From Priapulus caudatus (Eukaryota), in the NCBI RefSeq assembly GCF_000485595.1, contig NW_014577078.1, forward strand, positions 909,115-973,114: a stretch of 64,000 nucleotides of DNA. Direction: 5' to 3'. Shown in pieces: positions 63,701 through 64,000 of the stretch; positions within the stretch are counted from its first letter, which is position 1; every line of letters begins with the position of its first letter. The notes under the pieces were generated by a model that saw only the letters and a list, made by a program, of their open reading frames with translations, searched no databases and had not been told where the DNA came from. Position numbers and translations under genes: made by a program.

Positions 63701-64000
63701 ACATAAGCCCATTGGATATTCTACAATGTTATGACCATCTCCATTATATTAAAGATTCTGAATTATGAAAAAAATTATGAAAAGATTCTGAATTTAACTT
63801 GTGAATTGCAGAGTCGAAACTCCACAACAAAAATATCCAGGCAAATGACAAAGCAAACTACGGAAACCTCCAGTGCCCTGACCTTTGCAAGCCTTGCCGT
63901 CCTGCATGAGGGTGTAGCCAGGGTTGCACTTGCAATAGAAGCTGGTGAGAGTGTTGACGCATGTGTGCTCGCACTGGTTCATCTGCACCACGGCGCACTC
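45649..64000 (-). CDS. LRP2: Low-density lipoprotein receptor-related protein 2 (megalin), 3' portion; gene continues beyond window end
   Basis: 29 phase-consistent exons giving EGF-EGF-YWTD propeller-EGF, 11 LDLa repeats (incl. [10 protein letters not shown]), EGF-EGF-YWTD propeller (QDKFGRG)-EGF, ONE further EGF before the TM helix (LRP1 has a run of several), tail VSFRSG, FSNPVY and C-terminal [14 protein letters not shown], resembling vertebrate megalin KDTANLVKEDSEV. Confidence 0.93.
45981..46172 (-). CDS. LRP2: LRP2 exon, cytoplasmic tail with FxNPxY
   Basis: [25 protein letters not shown]...QTSNGKS|gtacgt. Confidence 0.9.
46641..46734 (-). CDS. LRP2: LRP2 exon, cytoplasmic tail
   Basis: [31 protein letters not shown]. 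Confidence 0.9.
46884..46983 (-). CDS. LRP2: LRP2 exon, transmembrane helix
   Basis: [32 protein letters not shown]. Confidence 0.92.
47287..47463 (-). CDS. LRP2: LRP2 exon, juxtamembrane EGF
   Basis: [20 protein letters not shown]...[17 protein letters not shown]... Confidence 0.92.
47545..47735. mobile_element. Tc1/pogo (Tigger-like) MITE
   Basis: TA|CAGTCA ... TGACTG|TA, internal repeated CACCTCTAT...CACCTG.CTATAAATGACAC. Confidence 0.65.
47941..48753. mobile_element. Young foldback element with 325-bp TIRs and 8-bp TSD
   Basis: 47941-48265 vs 48429-48753 reverse complements with 3 mismatches seen; TSD ACCGATAT at 47933-47940 and 48754-48761. Confidence 0.95.
48891..49070 (-). CDS. LRP2: LRP2 exon, propeller end + EGF
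   Basis: [16 protein letters not shown]...[19 protein letters not shown]...TCDT. Confidence 0.93.
49435..49557 (-). CDS. LRP2: LRP2 exon, beta-propeller
   Basis: [40 protein letters not shown]. Confidence 0.93.
49883..49970 (-). pseudogene. Degenerate partial duplicate (pseudo-exon) of LRP2 exon 50078-50298
   Basis: Reads [25 protein letters not shown] vs functional [26 protein letters not shown]; followed by gtatgt donor. Confidence 0.9.
50078..50298 (-). CDS. LRP2: LRP2 exon, YWTD
   Basis: [23 protein letters not shown]...[28 protein letters not shown]. Confidence 0.93.
50772..50900 (-). CDS. LRP2: LRP2 exon, beta-propeller
   Basis: [43 protein letters not shown]. Confidence 0.93.
51597..51891 (-). 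CDS. LRP2: LRP2 exon, beta-propeller
   Basis: [19 protein letters not shown]...[15 protein letters not shown]...[10 protein letters not shown]. Confidence 0.93.
52355..52606 (-). CDS. LRP2: LRP2 exon, two EGF repeats
   Basis: [13 protein letters not shown]...[31 protein letters not shown]. Confidence 0.93.
53107..53192 (-). CDS. LRP2: LRP2 exon, LDLa
   Basis: [28 protein letters not shown]. Confidence 0.92.
53381..53546 (-). CDS. LRP2: LRP2 exon, LDLa
   Basis: [35 protein letters not shown]...CTVKEFR. Confidence 0.93.
53940..54018 (-). CDS. LRP2: LRP2 exon, LDLa
   Basis: [26 protein letters not shown]. Confidence 0.92.
54289..54424 (-). CDS. LRP2: LRP2 exon, LDLa
   Basis: [45 protein letters not shown]. 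Confidence 0.93.
54696..54861 (-). CDS. LRP2: LRP2 exon, LDLa
   Basis: [37 protein letters not shown]...QFQCA. Confidence 0.93.
55194..55445 (-). CDS. LRP2: LRP2 exon, two LDLa repeats
   Basis: [10 protein letters not shown]...[13 protein letters not shown]...[18 protein letters not shown]. Confidence 0.93.
56106..56228 (-). CDS. LRP2: LRP2 exon, LDLa
   Basis: [39 protein letters not shown]. Confidence 0.93.
56503..56628 (-). CDS. LRP2: LRP2 exon, LDLa
   Basis: [40 protein letters not shown]. Confidence 0.93.
56961..57077 (-). CDS. LRP2: LRP2 exon, LDLa
   Basis: [37 protein letters not shown]. Confidence 0.93.
57508..57616 (-). CDS. LRP2: LRP2 exon, LDLa
   Basis: [36 protein letters not shown]. 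Confidence 0.93.
58078..58217 (-). CDS. LRP2: LRP2 exon, EGF
   Basis: [32 protein letters not shown]...CTANCP. Confidence 0.93.
58363..58504 (-). CDS. LRP2: LRP2 exon, YWTD
   Basis: [21 protein letters not shown]...[14 protein letters not shown]. Confidence 0.93.
58837..58994 (-). CDS. LRP2: LRP2 exon, YWTD
   Basis: [35 protein letters not shown]...HPFALTIFE. Confidence 0.93.
59252..59700. mobile_element. Harbinger-like MITE with partly deleted left end
   Basis: TAATGCTAGCC ... GGCTAGCATTA ends; internal repeats of CGCACACTATACGACCCG and its reverse complement near the right end. Confidence 0.65.
59905..59999 (-). CDS. LRP2: LRP2 exon, YWTD
   Basis: [31 protein letters not shown]. Confidence 0.93.
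60482..60677 (-). CDS. LRP2: LRP2 exon, beta-propeller
   Basis: [16 protein letters not shown]...[12 protein letters not shown]. Confidence 0.93.
62783..62974 (-). CDS. LRP2: LRP2 exon, beta-propeller
   Basis: [20 protein letters not shown]...[15 protein letters not shown]...NFNGS. Confidence 0.93.
63326..63463 (-). CDS. LRP2: LRP2 exon, Ca-binding EGF
   Basis: [27 protein letters not shown]...SCKKSD. Confidence 0.93.
63883..64000 (-). CDS. LRP2: LRP2 exon (partial), EGF-like
   Basis: [39 protein letters not shown]; donor gtcagg. Confidence 0.92.

Noticed and set aside
45649..64000. LRP1 / vitellogenin receptor assignment
   Set aside because: Single EGF before the TM helix and the megalin-like C-terminus favour LRP2.

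Overview
Eukaryotic (metazoan, probably lophotrochozoan invertebrate; taxon not provable from sequence) genomic DNA, microsatellite- and MITE-rich, holding two convergent intron-rich genes. Plus strand: a complete La-related protein 4 (LARP4-family) gene, 18 phase-consistent exons from 16995 to the stop at 37595 plus a candidate upstream start exon at 4672-4902 (about 970 aa in total; PAM2, La motif, RRM, FPPLPG and KLSYA motifs). Minus strand: the 3' part of an LRP2/megalin gene, 29 phase-consistent exons from the window end to the stop at 45649 (YWTD propellers, an 11-repeat LDLa cluster, single pre-TM EGF, TM helix, FxNPxY, PDZ-binding C-terminus). Introns contain several long-TIR foldback elements with target-site duplications, Harbinger-, hAT- and pogo-like MITEs and LINE/SINE relics. 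Most notable: (i) the LARP4 has a canonical Phe-type PAM2 together with an ancestral La-motif pocket, and a possible PAM2-less alternative start; (ii) three nearby LRP2 introns each carry a duplicated exon end plus 5' splice site; (iii) a composite foldback element with two (TA)n-bounded internal units; (iv) a speculative antisense signal-peptide exon nested in a LARP4 intron. All exon models were read by hand and have no transcript support.
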